Shown: one piece after another, positions 1 through 12,689 of the stretch | Position numbering within the stretch: position 1 is the first letter of the stretch | How the letters are laid out: each line of letters opens with the position of its first letter | From: Octopus sinensis | Taxonomy: Eukaryota | Reading direction: 5' to 3' | Length of the DNA stretch: 64,000 nt | NCBI RefSeq assembly: GCF_006345805.1 | Contig: NC_043009.1 | Location: 26,846,001-26,910,000 of the forward strand | Notes under the pieces: model-generated | Told to the model about the DNA's origin: nothing | Databases searched by the model: none | Seen by the model: only the letters and a program-made list of their open reading frames with translations | Translations under genes and position numbers: made by a program

Positions 1-199
1 GTCCAGGAACTGAAACTACAGCCTTTTTGTTATGACCCAAACAATCTAGCCACTAAGCCAGATGACATCACAGGACATGATTAAGACATATAATCCACCA
101 GCATTTCTGCCTGTCGTGATAAAAAAAAATGTCAGCTCCAAATGCAATCCTTTAATATTTTTTAAAAGACACATACTGTCAGTAACCATAGTCAGTGTA

Positions 200-460
200 C
201 ATACCAGTGGCACATTAAGGGCACCATTCGAGCGTGGTTGATGCCAATACCACCAGACTGGCCCTCGTACTGGTGACATAAAAAGCACTCACTACACTGT
301 CAGAGTGGTTGGATTTAGGAAGGGCATCCAGCTGTAGAAACTTTTCCCAGATCAGACTGGAGCTTGGTGCAGCCTTCTGGCTTGCCAGCCCTCAGTCAAA
401 CCATCCAATCCATGCCAGCATGGAAAGCGGACGTTAAACGACGACAGTGATGATGATGAT
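200..460 (+). mobile_element. RTE 3'-UTR-derived short element
   Basis: TTAGGAAGGGCATCCAGC...GGACGTTAAA(GAT)n as in the RTE tail 62730-62927; also at 52310-52612, 53560-53800, 59290-59430 (+) and 9395-9590, 51255-51445, 61425-61680 (-). Confidence 0.82.
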
Positions 461-1018
461 ATACCTATACATATTTACATACATATATTTGTATGTGTGT
501 ATGTATGTATAAGTGTTTGTATGTTGTCTGAACACGTGATAGTCATAAATAAGTTTACTGTTATGCAACCAGGATCATTCTTTTCCAGTATACTGTGAAG
601 ACATGTCTGACTCTGAGGAAATGTTACTGTTCTTGGAAAATGGTGAGAGTTGGTAACAAGAAGGGCACCAGACTGTAGAAAATTTGCTTCAATAACCTCC
701 ATTCAACCCGCACAAGCATGGAGAAGTGGAAAACAAATGATGATGATGATGATGATGATGATTTATGTTACCTTTCTTTGCCAATGCCAATCACTAAGAT
801 CATCAGCAGGTGCAAAAGCTTTGAAATCCCGTTTATGGCCAACCCCACAGACTTTCAGCCAACTGTAGTTTGATGATATTTTCAAAGAACTTCCTCAAAG
901 ACTTCTCAACATGTACGCAAATTAATCTCCCACAAGATAGAATACCAGCTCTATCTAAAGTAGCCTTCTCATAGTGCACTACCACCTATTTCTGGTATTT
1001 TACGAGGAATTTGTAGAC

Positions 1019-1283
1019 AAGTGATCTTCCACCATTTTCTACTCCTATGGACCCTGTTGATTCCTATTTTGCTCAGGTGGACCCTCAGAGCCATCCCAGG
1101 TTTTAAAAAAAGAGCCTATTGTATTTTTATAATTAAATATTATTAATAATTATATATAAAAAAAAATTGTTAAAATATTTCATGTATTGTAGACATGTAT
1201 CAAATTTCTTGCATAGAAACTTTAACAACAAAATCTTATATGGATCCCCAAAGGCCATATGAACCCTGGTTGAGAAACCATTG
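1019..1283. mobile_element. hAT (Charlie-type) MITE, older copy
   Basis: Near 8-bp TSD (T/C)TGTAGAC; right end GGTTGAGAAACCATTG; interior similar to 1697-2331. Confidence 0.7.
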
Positions 1284-1696
1284 CTGTAGACCAAGATGTT
1301 ATACAACGCATCACTGAATTTTTACAGAAAATGATGGACTGAGTGCTTAATCTTTTAGCACTTGAACCAGTTGTATCCAGCCAAAATATTATTCAACTTG
1401 TTTTCAGTTAAAACCGACCAGATCCAGCCTCTCACAGCAATAAATTGGACAAAGAGATCTGAATGTTAAAAGGTTAAACTAGGTTAGAACCAAATAAAAT
1501 AGACAAGGCATAAAAAAAAACTCACTTTAATATGATGCCTTCAGTGGGTTATTCCATAATAATAATAATACAATAAGACATCAACCCAGACCTTATAAGC
1601 CATTATAATAACTTGAAAGCCGCTTATCCACTCTGAAGATAAATGGTTAACTGTTTTCTGTTCAGCAAGCTGAATAGGAACCTGGTTTGTCTAAAG

Positions 1697-2093
1697 CAGT
1701 GTTTCTCAACCATTTTTCTACCTATGGTTCCCTATTTTACTTAGGTGGATCCCTATAAACATTTAATTTGATGTTTTAAAAAAATCAGATTCCAATTTCA
1801 TAATTAAATATTATTAGGAACTGTATAAAGAGAAGTGTTTAAATATTTCAAGAATAGTCAAAGAGTAAACCAATTTATTCTTTTATTCTTTTACTTGTTT
1901 CAGTCATTTAACTGCGGCCATGCTGGAGCACCACTTTTAGTCAAACAAATCGACCCCAGGACTTATTCTTTGTAAGCCTAGTACTTATTCTATTGGTCTC
2001 TTTTGCCGAACCGCTAAGATACGGGAACGTAAACACACCAGCATCTGTTGTCAAGTGATGTTGGGGGACAAACACAGACACACAAACATACAC

Positions 2094-2134
<41 letters not shown>

Positions 2135-2331
2135 CACGACATGCTTCTTCCACTTTCTGTCTACCAAATCCACTCAGAAGGCTTTGGTCAGCCTGAGGCT
2201 ATAATAGAAGACACTTGCCCAAGGTGCCACGCAGTGGGACTGAACCTGGAACCATGTGGTTTGTAAACAAGCTACTTACCACCTCATAAATTTTAACAAA
2301 ATCTTACATGGAATCTAGTTGAGAACCACTG
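1697..2331. mobile_element. hAT (Charlie-type) MITE containing a SINE
   Basis: CAGTG...CACTG termini; perfect 8-bp TSD GTCTAAAG. Confidence 0.88.
1880..2283 (-). mobile_element. tRNA-derived SINE family A (inside a hAT MITE)
   Basis: Matches copies at 36087-36505(+), 37688-38143(-), 38281-38985(+), 39360-39757(-), 47800-48125(+), 62955-63400(-); internal (TA)n(TG)n tract. Confidence 0.88.
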
Positions 2332-3311
2332 GTCTAAAGAGAACCCAAAAACTGTGAGGTCAGCAAGGTCAAAAACTTCCAAGGACCATCACATCCCACT
2401 AACCCTATAGCATTCAGATTTCTCTGTCAAATGTAATGTTTACTTATTCACACTGATTTGCATTAGTCATCTCACAGCTTTGAGATTTCAATGATGTGAT
2501 TGTTAATGTTTAGAATAATATTGTAAGGTAGCGTGAGAGACTGGATCTGGCCAGTTTGAACTTAAAACTGGTTGAATATTTTGACCGGATATGGCTGGCT
2601 TAAATGCTAAAGGGTTAATACAGCAAAACTAAGAATAATAATAATAATAATTATAAAAAGTAAAAGTGTTTCATAAATGTCTTTCATTTAATCATATTGT
2701 ATACATGTCAGAGTTGCCATTAGGAAAAGAAAAAAAGATTTGCTGAAAACTGACAATGATGATGACATTCCAAAATTTGCAGAAACCTAGTCTTTTAGTT
2801 TTGCTAACCTAAGTTCCTAAGATATTTATTTGAACCCCACGTTCCAAACATATTTCTCACTTTCACCCTCCACTCGCATGAGAGAAGTTCAAGAGCCTTG
2901 AATCAAGTCGAACCAATAACATTATAAGTGAAGAGATACATTCTTGAATTTGGATTAAGTTTGTATGGTGTTGGGGAAGAAGAAGATGGCATGGGTGAGT
3001 GGGAGGTCTGACATTTCAAAATTGACCTTTTGTTTGAGAGAGAAAACACCCCACCCCACCCCCGCAACTGAAATTATTAAATAACAAAAGGCAATTGAGT
3101 AAAACATACATTGGGGCTGTTTGCAATCAAATTCTAGGTTAATTCTGTGGTGTTGTGTGAGAAGGAGTTGATGGATGGTGAAAAATAACTGCATCAGTAT
3201 GGAACCTAGAGACCTATGAACACAAGTTTCAAATTTTAATCTAAAGCTTTGTGAGTAGGTTTGGTAAGTGGAAACTATAATATAGACAGCAGTTTACAGT
3301 GTGTTACCAAA

Positions 3312-3586
3312 AAGGAAAACTATAATTGTCACTAAATGTGACTAGGGTGTTAGAAACACCTAGGGCCAGTCCTTACTGATGAGACAATGGAAATAGCTGA
3401 AACTGACCCGTCAGTATAAGGAATTCTCAAACGGTGTTTTTGGACAATTATATAGTCCCTCTCAGTATATATGTACACAATTATGTGCTTTGACCACCAC
3501 AGCATTAGAGCACTTTAGCTCTCATTTCTAGCAATGTAGGTGTTTCTACCACCCTAATCACATTTAGTGACAATTTTAGTTTCCTT
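3312..3586. repeat. About 51-bp inverted repeats enclosing the hammerhead motif
   Basis: 3312-3362 matches the reverse complement of 3537-3586 with a few mismatches. Confidence 0.85.
3370..3422 (+). ncRNA. Type I hammerhead ribozyme motif (stem II decayed)
   Basis: Stem I TCCTTA/TAAGGA, core CTGATGA (3376-3382), GAAA (3399-3402), stem III CTGA/TCAG, GTA cleavage triplet (3414-3416). Confidence 0.75.
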
Positions 3587-3720
3587 ATATATGTGTACTA
3601 GCAGAATTGCCCGGCGTTGCTCGGGGCTGAATTGCTTGAAAGTACTGTTAATGATTGCACTGGATTATGATGATTATTCAGGCAAATATTGATATAAGTT
3701 TACGGTGGGAGATAAGGACT

Positions 3721-6472
3721 TGTAGTGATATTATAACGGTGCGCGCTCGCGCACCGACCATTTGTATTTCGCGCGTGTTGGTGCCTTCACCAAGGCACAG
3801 AAAGGAAGGGCCCTCTCGCGCATGCGCGAACCACCGGAAGCACGACCCGCTTGCCTATCGTGGTAGTTAGCGAGGCAAGGGGGTCGTAGAACGTTTGACC
3901 ACTAGCGACAGTCATCGAGGACTTGGGAACCAGCGATTGAAGGCGACGGTCACACGTATATTCTCTCTCCGTCAGGGCTTGATTCTAGCAGCAGTCGGCC
4001 GAAATACCTTTAACCAAATTGTTGCCGACCACATTTCAACTTCCCTGTTCGACGCCATTTTGACCCCTTTCTGTTTTTGGGCTGGACATTGTAAATATTA
4101 CAATCTATTAACTTATAGCGGTGCGCGCCCGAACCTAGGACATCAGATAACACACTTATTGTTATTGTTTACCAAGAAAGAGAATAAAGTAGTTATATGT
4201 ATATTTTACGTCTGCGTCTTGTTGTTTCTGACTGGTAGAATTCTGGATTATTTAAGCAACGGCTAGTGAGTGATTGCTTTGTGCACCCCAAAAGTGCACG
4301 AGGATATTCACACACCCCACATCACTAAGTTCGTTTCACTGGTGACCCCGACGTGATTCTGGTCTAAAACCAGAGATCACTTATCAACAAAAAAAATCCA
4401 GTTTTTCTGCGAAGTCGGAACACGATTTAACTCTACGCATTCATCTTACGATGATTTGTTTCCGGCCACCACAAACAGCTGTAGAAGGAGCCCCTTTTCT
4501 TATTCTACAGCCATGATGACGAACGCCATCAATTCATCGATGCTTTTTCTCTGCCTTCGTCATCACCATCGTCGTCTGTCTACTTCACGTCGTCGCTATC
4601 TTCGTCGCCATCATCACTAAGAACGATGTTGTCCCAAGTCCACTACAGTCGCCTTCCACCACCAACGTCGCCTTTCAACACCGTCGACCTCCACCAAGAT
4701 GTACATAGCAACTCGCGGAAGTTTGGTCCACTTGCCTTTTGTGCATATGCACACCAAGGATTCACAGCACCGTCTATCTACGAGATTCTTCTGTTCCAGT
4801 TAACCTGTCACAGCATTGAAGCCACAACCGCTACACGATATGTGTTCAACCGGCATCTGCATTTTGTGATTTCAACATTTCTGTTACAGAATGAACTGCT
4901 ATTGTACATCAGGCTATTACAGACTGGTAAATTAATTCTTGTCTGAAATAGCACTTGAGAGACATTTTTTCTATGCGCTGTTTTTATATTTATGCTCGCA
5001 TTCACGTACACACACATAAATGCTCTCTCTCACATACATACGTCACACATGCTTTTCTCGCTAGTTTTTTCCATGCTAAATTTGCCTTTTGTGGACACCC
5101 CTCATTTCTATAGACCCTAGGGGTCACGTATACATAGAGAGGGTTGTTTGTCCATTATAACGCGCCAGCATGTCATACTTTTGTTCCTGTGCGAACGAGG
5201 CATATAATCGCTCAACCACTGGCATATTCTTGCTGTTTTTCGGTCTGGAAGCACTGTTGCATTTCATGCGCCTATTGCTTCGCACGTGTACTTGCCTTGT
5301 TTTTGCAACACGTTTTGCGTTAGCTTGATTTCTTTTCCCGACTCATGTCGGATGTTCATATGCGCTGCGCCATGTTTAGGCGTAATTATTTTTCCCTGTT
5401 AGACCCTTGTTGGTCACGTAAATTAACAGAAAATTATCTGTGTCGCGCATCACACCAGCATGTTTGCACTTTTGCCTTTTGTGTTACTAGCGATCTTCTG
5501 TCAATTCCATTTCCTCTCCTGCAGCAATTGATTTAACTGCTATTTTGCAGGATCAACTACCTTTAGAGAAGTTGGATTTTAATTTCGTTTAGGTTCATTA
5601 ACAGTGAGTTCTGCCTTTTCTTTCGCTCCCTTCAGCGGAAGGCTCTATACTTTGTGACGTATACACTTTCATGCATGCACTCTTGATTTTTGCTCATTGA
5701 GTATTTTTTCTCTTTTTCCTTTAGTAAATTTCTTGTGTATGTTATAAATTTTGCCATTATATTATTGTGTGCTATTTTGTTATCTGGTGTCCACCTTGAG
5801 TTTTGCAGTCACTACAATAAGTTTCCTTTCGTGCGTACGCACTGGAGGGGAGCCTGTAGTGATATTATAACGGTGCGCGCTCACGCACCGACCATTTGTA
5901 TTTCGCGCGTGTTGGTGCCTTCACCAAGGCACAGAAAGGAAGGGCCCTCTCGCGCATGCGCGAACCACCGGAAGCACGACCCGCTTGCCTATCGTGGTAG
6001 TTAGCGAGGCAAAGGGGTCGTAGAACGTTTGACCACTAGCGACAGTCATCGAGGACTTGGGAACCAGCGATTGAAGGCGACGGTCACACGTATATTCTCT
6101 CTCCGTCAGGGCTTGATTCTAGCAGCAGTCGGCCGAAATACCTTTAACCAAATTGTTGCCGACCACATTTCAACTTCCCTGTTCGACGCCATTTTGACCC
6201 CTTTCTGTTTTTGGGCTGGACATTGTAAATATTACAATCTATTAACTTATAGCGGTGCGCGCCCGAACCTAGGACATCAGATAACACACTTATTGTTATT
6301 GTTTACCAAGAAAGAGAATAAAGTAGTTATATGTATATTTTACGTCTGCGTCTTGTTGTTTCTGACTGGTAGAATTCTGGATTATTTAAGCAACGGCTAG
6401 TGAGTGATTGCTTTGTGCACCCCAAAAGTGCACGAGGATATTCACACACCCCACATCACTAAGTTCGTTTCA
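3721..6472 (+). mobile_element. Non-autonomous LTR retrotransposon (Gypsy, CsRn1-like)
   Basis: 618-bp LTRs 3721-4338 and 5855-6472 (TG...CA) with only two substitutions seen; 4-bp TSD GACT (3717-3720, 6473-6476); PBS at 4340-4357; purine tract GGAGGGGAG at 5844-5852; 1.5-kb interior has no intact gag/pol. Confidence 0.93.
4340..4357 (+). other. Primer-binding site complementary to tRNA-Trp 3' end
   Basis: TGGTGACCCCGACGTGAT is the 18-nt complement of eukaryotic tRNA-Trp ...AUCACGUCGGGGUCACCA, 1 nt after the 5' LTR. Confidence 0.9.
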
Positions 6473-6476
6473 GACT

Positions 6477-6951
6477 TAACGATCAAACGTGTGCCATTGC
6501 ATTGTTTTGGGGGAACCAAATTTCTGATGAGCATTATAGGGGCACCAACTTTAAGTTTGAGAAAGTGTGGTGGTAGTCCGGGGTGCTCAAAGGAATTGAG
6601 TACCTCTATTGGATAGTTGATGACGTCCTCTGGGTCAGGAGTTGTATCGATAGACTGATATACATAGACTTCCCCAGGAATGAGTTTTAGCATTTCATCA
6701 TTAATATGGTGAACAGTTTTATTCCTCGGGGCCAGTATAGCCTTTTTGCCAATCCAATCCATATTCTGATAATTAGCTTGTAGATCTGGGAACACTGCAT
6801 CTCTGAGATCAGAAGGTGTCTTAACAATGGTACAAATGGAATCGATGGCAATATTACCATTTTCATCCCCTGGTATTTTGCCTTCGCCAAGTGCAAGGAG
6901 GGTGTGAGGAAATGCTGCTGATGTGATATTACGTCGCATATGAGCACGCAT
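6477..6951 (-). pseudogene. Helitron RepHel PIF1-like helicase C-terminal fragment
   Basis: AILAPRN, YQSID, LKVGAPIMLIRNL and CNGTRL motifs; reading continues as KSLSPTV across the empty LTR insertion site. Confidence 0.9.
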
Positions 6952-7180
6952 ATTGGTGTGAAGTTTGAGAGTTACTTCCCTTTATTAAAAAAATATGCAT
7001 TAAAATGGAAAAAAATGATGGTAAATTATTTGTAAAATCATAGACTCATCGTAGACACGCGCTAATACCCAGAAGGGCTCGATATGAATCACGACTGGTT
7101 AAACTGCATCGCAAAATGTGGGAGTAGTTAGGAATCTAAATCGGAGTAGACAGACACACAACCTTTCTTTTATATATAAA

Positions 7181-7680
7181 TATTTTCGTCCTAAAAAACT
7201 TTGTATGGATTGAATGGAAATATATACACGCACATTATACATACATGTGTGTATAGATGAATATATAAATACATTTAAATATCTATATACACTTTTGGGC
7301 GATCTTTCTGTTTCTTAGAGATAACTTTAGATCTTATTTTCGTCCTAAAAAACTTTGTATGGAGTGAATGGTTACCTCTATGGAAATATATACACACACG
7401 TTATACATACATGTGTGCATAGATGAATATATAAATACATTTATATATCTATATACACTTTTGGGCAATCTTTGTGCTACTTAGAGATAACTTTAGATCT
7501 TATTTTCGTCCTAAAAAACTTTGTATGGAGTGAAAGGTTACCTCTATGGAAATATATACACACACATTATAGATACATCTGTGTATAGATGAATATATAA
7601 ATACATTTAAATATCTATATACACTTTTGGGCGATCTTTCTGCTACTTGGATATAGGTCTTATATTCGTCCTAAAAAACT
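7181..7680. repeat. Tandem repeat, three units of about 154-166 bp
   Basis: tattttcgtcctaaaaaact recurs at 7181, 7335, 7501 and 7661. Confidence 0.9.
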
Positions 7681-8461
7681 TTCCTGTCACACACTCACGC
7701 ACCCTCACACACACGCACGTTAGCTTACAATTTTATTTATATATTTGCGTGCCTATGTGTGTAAAGAGGAAGTGGGAATGCAGAGTGAAAGAGTCACTCA
7801 CTACAAAAAGTGAATTACTTTCACTTTATTCGTTGCACACTGTGTGTGTGCGTGTGCTGTAGCCCACACTAAGAAAAGCATTTGACTTATACACAACAAT
7901 GTGAGTTTTCTTTAAATTTTGCTTAATTGGGGTTGAAATTTTAAAAACTGGACCTGGCACGACCCGATGCATTCTACTCTTAAAAATACTAGGTAAATTG
8001 TAATTGAAGAAATCCTATATTGTAGATTTCTATAAGATACAAAGGGAGGCAGATAAAATCTGCCTTTTATAATAAGAGATGCATGTCTCTCTCCTTGTCT
8101 TGACAATGCACAATAGTTGTAAATGAGTGCCACTGTCATATAAGCAGTGTGATTCATTTCCAATTCTCCATGAAAGCATGTTTGGCCATGGGGGAAGTAT
8201 TACCGTGCTTAGAAACAAGATGAGGGTTCACAACAGGAAGGGCATCTGGCTGTTGAAGTTTTGCCTCAATAAACTCCATCTGACCCATGTAAGCATGTAA
8301 AAGTAGATGTTAAAGAATGTCGATGATGCTGGTGATGGTGTGCGAGTCTAAGAGGGTAGCGAAAAAAACTGTACAGAGGTATATGTCAAAACACACACGC
8401 ACATGGTTCTGCTTGTATGCATCAGGTGAGAATAACGAGAATTGTTTTGATGAGTGCCTTG

Positions 8462-8591
8462 CAGGGCTGTGGAGTCAAAACAAAAAACTTTGACTCCAAC
8501 TCCTCTATGTAATTAACTGATTGTGGCCTATTTTACCGACTCCGACTCCAGCTACCCCTTAATTGGTTCCGACTCTGACACCACAGCCCTG
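8462..8591. mobile_element. hAT-type MITE (130 bp)
   Basis: TIR CAGGGCTGTGG; TSD GTGCCT(T/A)G, 7/8 match. Confidence 0.82.
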
Positions 8592-11293
8592 GTGCCTAGG
8601 GCCCTCAATTACTTTGCTATAAAGGTATGGTTGTATGTTTAAAAGGTTTGCTTCCCAACCACATGGCTTTAGGTTCAATCCCACTGTGTGGTGTACCTTT
8701 GGCAAGTGTCTTTAATTGTAGCCCTGGGCAATCAAAGCCCTGTGAGTGGGATCCGTAGATGGAAACTGGCCAGTTGATCCGATCAGCCTGCTGGTGAAAT
8801 TAACATGCAAGCAGCTGAGCACATCACAGACACTGGAGTTTGGTGCATACCCTGGCCTTACCAGCTCTGAGCAAACCATCCAACCCATGCCAGAATGGAA
8901 AACTGACATTAAATGATGATGATGGTATGTGTGAATAGTTTTGTGTCTCCTTGTCTTGACATAGTTGTAAACAATTATCACCAAAAAGTGGTATCATTTG
9001 CTTCCAATCATCTGTGAAGACATGTCTGCCCATGGGAAAATATCAACCTGGCTTGGAAACCAAGTGAGAGGGTTGGTGACTAGAAGGGCATCCCAGCTAT
9101 CAAAAAACTGTCCCTCCTATGCAAGCATGGAAAAGTGGATGTTAAAACAATGACAAAGAAAACAAAAACAGGAAAAAAGCGAGGTGGCTGAGTTCCTTTC
9201 AACCTCACCTTCATGTTGCAAACAGTTCATCTGAACAGAAGATGCGGACATAAAAATAGGAACAGCATTTCGACTGCTTTTGGAGTCTTTTACAAAAGGA
9301 ATTGATCTGTGTGTACATGTGTTTCTCCTTTTTAATGTCAGCACACAGATTGTAAAGACAAATTGTTTACGGTCATCATAGGCCATCACCACCATCATTA
9401 TCATTTAAATGTTCCATAGTGGCATTGGGTTGGATTGGTTTAGCAGGGTTTCATGGATCCAAAGACTGCATCAATATCCAGCATCTGCTTTAGCATGGTT
9501 TCAATGGATGGATGCCCTTTTACAGCGTGTACCGGGTGTTTTCTCACACTACCAGCACTAATGGGGGCTATCATGTAGTTTGCAAGACTACAAGCCCCGA
9601 GAAGAGTCGGGTTCATGCTAGATGAGGAATTAAAGTGAAAAGGAGCTAGAGCAGAGCAGGATTCGCTGCAGTAGAGGAGCTACATAGCTAATCACGTTTC
9701 GAAAAGACGATAGGAGCGATCAGAGATATTAAGTGTGAAGAGGTGGAACTTGAGGGTACAAGATGAGTGAGGACTAAGGAGTATGGAGGTATGAAACACC
9801 TAACGCACCTGTAAATTAATAACTGTAACTGGCAAGAGATTATATCGACAAAGATATTTCTTTTGGCTTTGCATTTTTTGAAAATTATTAATCAACGAAA
9901 ATTATGCGTATTTGCCCATCGTTTCTTTCTCTTTTTTTTTTCTTTTAAGAAGCACATAAAACATAAAAAAGACAGTAACAATGACCTGTTAATGATGTTT
10001 GATATAAAAGCGATTGGGAGAAATGAAAAATAAGTCATGGTCAGAAATCTTTGTTTTGTTAATTGATATTTAGGACATATTTACTGAAGAGGAAACGGTA
10101 CTATTTAAACAGAGGTCCGGATGCATCAACGTAACGTTATGAAGGGGAGGGTTAGTTTTTAGGATTAGGGTGTCATTACACGTCCACACAGCGTACATTT
10201 AAAATGTGGCAAGCCTTCGGTTTTGTACGTAACACCTGTATTTAAGTAGTACCGTTAAGAGACCCTGTATTTAAGTGGTACTGAGGAAATAATCATTTTG
10301 ATCAAGGTAACAAACAAAAATAAAGTAGGTTACGATCTAAAGGTTGTTGCTTTATATAAAAATATTTGCTATTTCAACGAGGTTTAATACGCAAAGAAAA
10401 AAAATATAGCTGTGAAGCCAAGACTAACGATCCGACAAAAACAAGTTTACGCTCTCCGTCTCCTGACTTCCTTAATAATAAATATTTCCAACAAAAATTG
10501 TATAGATACATTCGAATGAGTAAATTACAATTATGACAATTTTTTTTTCCTTTTTATTTGATTTCTACAAATGTTATTGCTTAAATCCAGATCATACATA
10601 CGATCCCCACTTTTTTTTTTTTTACCCCAGAGACTGCATCAAGAACTACATTAGTGTTTTTTTTCTTTTAAAAAAGGTTTGATTTGAAGGAGATTTGGTT
10701 GCTACTCTTGCAGTTCGAACGACCTTGTTGAAGTTTTGTCGTTGACTCGTGCTGAACCTCATTTTATCAAGAGTGCTTTTATGTTAAAGTAAGTACTGTA
10801 GATTCCGTTAAAGGGATACGATCAAGAAACTAGTGTTTCCTTAATTTAGTATTTAACGAACGGAAGTACTCGACAATGAAAATAAACGACGGGAACCGTA
10901 GTGTATACTAGTGCCGCCCATAAATTATATATATATAAATTTAACGCCTTCAAAAATATATTCATAAATGAATTTTGATCCATAAAAATTTCATGAACAT
11001 GGAGGATGGTATGGGACATGTACATAAAATGGAATACTTAGATGAAGGCAGAAAAAATTAAATTTAAAAAAGGGGGGGAAAACTACGACTATAAACATAA
11101 CAATTATTTAAGCTCATTAACAGAAGAAATAAGATACTAAATTCATTTCTCCACATGTATTCATACCTGAATAAAGCGCCGTTACTATGGCAAATGACAA
11201 GTTAAAATATTTTCAAAACTATTTCGAACATTTTTTATGTACCTCCATCATAATGATGTAAATATTTATGTTGTAAAAACAATGTAAACTTAC

Positions 11294-11549
11294 ATTTCTC
11301 TTGTTTCTTATTATCTCGGATTATTTTCTTGTTTTCTTTGCCCGAGGAAGTTTTCGTCAATGCATTTTCCAACACGGGAGAATTTAGAGAAAGATCAAAT
11401 TCCGTACAAGGAGACATTACCCCTATTTTGCGCCTTCTGTTGACCATTTCATCACGTTTGTTTTGCCATTCTTGTGATCGACGAAGACGACGTTTAATTT
11501 TCGGATCAATGCGTTCAGTACATTTGTAAGCAGTTTGATGGGATGACAT
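11294..11549 (-). CDS. Probable first coding exon of an unassigned host gene (85 codons + 1 nt)
   Basis: ATG at 11549, non-repetitive basic sequence (RRLRRSQEWQNKRDEMVNRRRK), SP sites and a KEN motif, ending at a consensus donor T|GTAAGT (11293-11288). Downstream exons not identified. Confidence 0.6.
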
Positions 11550-11575
11550 GATTGATAAGAATATATCGTTAAAAT

Positions 11576-11673
11576 TTCAAAATAAACAATTCAACAGCAA
11601 AACTCGGCTTTCCAACAAGCACACATTAAGTTGGGTAAAAATGATTTGAATATTAGCGGTTGATAGTGATTGG
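11576..11673 (-). promoter_or_regulatory. Candidate CCAAT box and CHR-like TTTGAA elements upstream of the 11549 ATG
   Basis: AACCAATCA on minus strand (11669-11673 core); TTTGAA at 11576-11581 (minus) and 11645-11650 (plus). Short motifs in AT-rich DNA, so only suggestive. Confidence 0.3.
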
Positions 11674-12689
11674 TTGACTGTTGAAACAACGCGACATCTA
11701 ACGGAAAGAACCAGAAATGTAGTAGTTACCTCCCCTCTTCACAATTTGTTATTCTGCATTTAATAAGATACAAGTGTTCTTTTTCTCCCCAAAATTGTAG
11801 AACCCAGACTTATATTTTAAAAAACAACCCCTTCATTGCTAATTTTAGAAAGACTTTAAAAGAAAGAAAATTTATTCATCTTAAAGAACCGAAAAAAGTT
11901 TTAACATGACTTTCTAACCATTTTTGGTAAACTTACAAAATATGTTTGTAAACACTGATCTCAGATAGCAAAGGAAAGCAACCACATAGACAAGATATAC
12001 CTCATTCTTCCACAATAAATGGATTGCCTTCTAAAGACAGAACATTTCTGCACACTTCAGAATGTTTGTACCAGACGTGGATTCCACGCGTTTAATGTAA
12101 ATAATACTTTAGGAGATAATGACGGAACCCGTGATTACTAAAAATAATTGTACTGATTTAATTACCATTTTATTGCATATTTTAAAAATTTACCTAATAA
12201 AATATCGTACATGAGAATTTTTGGCTGGCATTTTGGGATTTTAGCATGTCGGTTCTATGTACTCCCTTCTGTTTTGCAAAGGAAGTTGTTTGTGTACAGA
12301 TTCGGCAAGTTGAACCTCCGTGAAGGCACCATGAGGAAAGGAGGTGTTTAAAAACGTACATTATAGCTTCTACCCCGTTGTTTTGCAATGTGGGATACAA
12401 GAAAAAAATTGGAAAAATCCCGACAAAGAAATTACAACTTATATGGGACAGCTATTCCGGAAGTCCGCCTGTGTGTGTGTGTATGCGTGCATGTATGTAT
12501 CTACGACGGGCTTCTTTGAGTTTCCGTCTACCAAATTCACTCACACGGCTTTGGTCAGCTCAAGTAGAAGACACTTGCCCAAGGTGTCACGCTGCGAGAC
12601 TGAACCCAGAACCATGTGGTTGGGAAGCAAGCTTGTAACTCTTTACAAAATAGTTATAAGCGATAACTATATACTTTTATACTCTAGGC

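Larger units (their letters stand above)
3598..7180 (-). mobile_element. Internally deleted Helitron, interrupted by an LTR element
   Basis: 3' CTAG|T at 3598-3601 preceded by hairpin CCCG-AGCAACGC-CGGG; 6960-7180 matches the 5' region of the short Helitrons at 48.6-50.4 kb; carries a PIF1 helicase fragment. The 5' TC is not visible (abuts a tandem repeat). Confidence 0.9.

Noticed and set aside
2900-3075. Possible minus-strand exon (RSILK...SPTP) of the 11549 gene
   Set aside because: Acceptors are plausible but there is no good donor before a stop and no supporting homology.
3895-4266. Duplicated 123-aa ORF (also 6029-6400)
   Set aside because: Lies wholly within the two LTRs, starts at TTG and has no recognisable motif; the duplication reflects LTR identity.
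7870-8025. Possible minus-strand exon (PGPVFKISTPIK)
   Set aside because: The phase is incompatible with the 11293 donor and the splice sites are weak.
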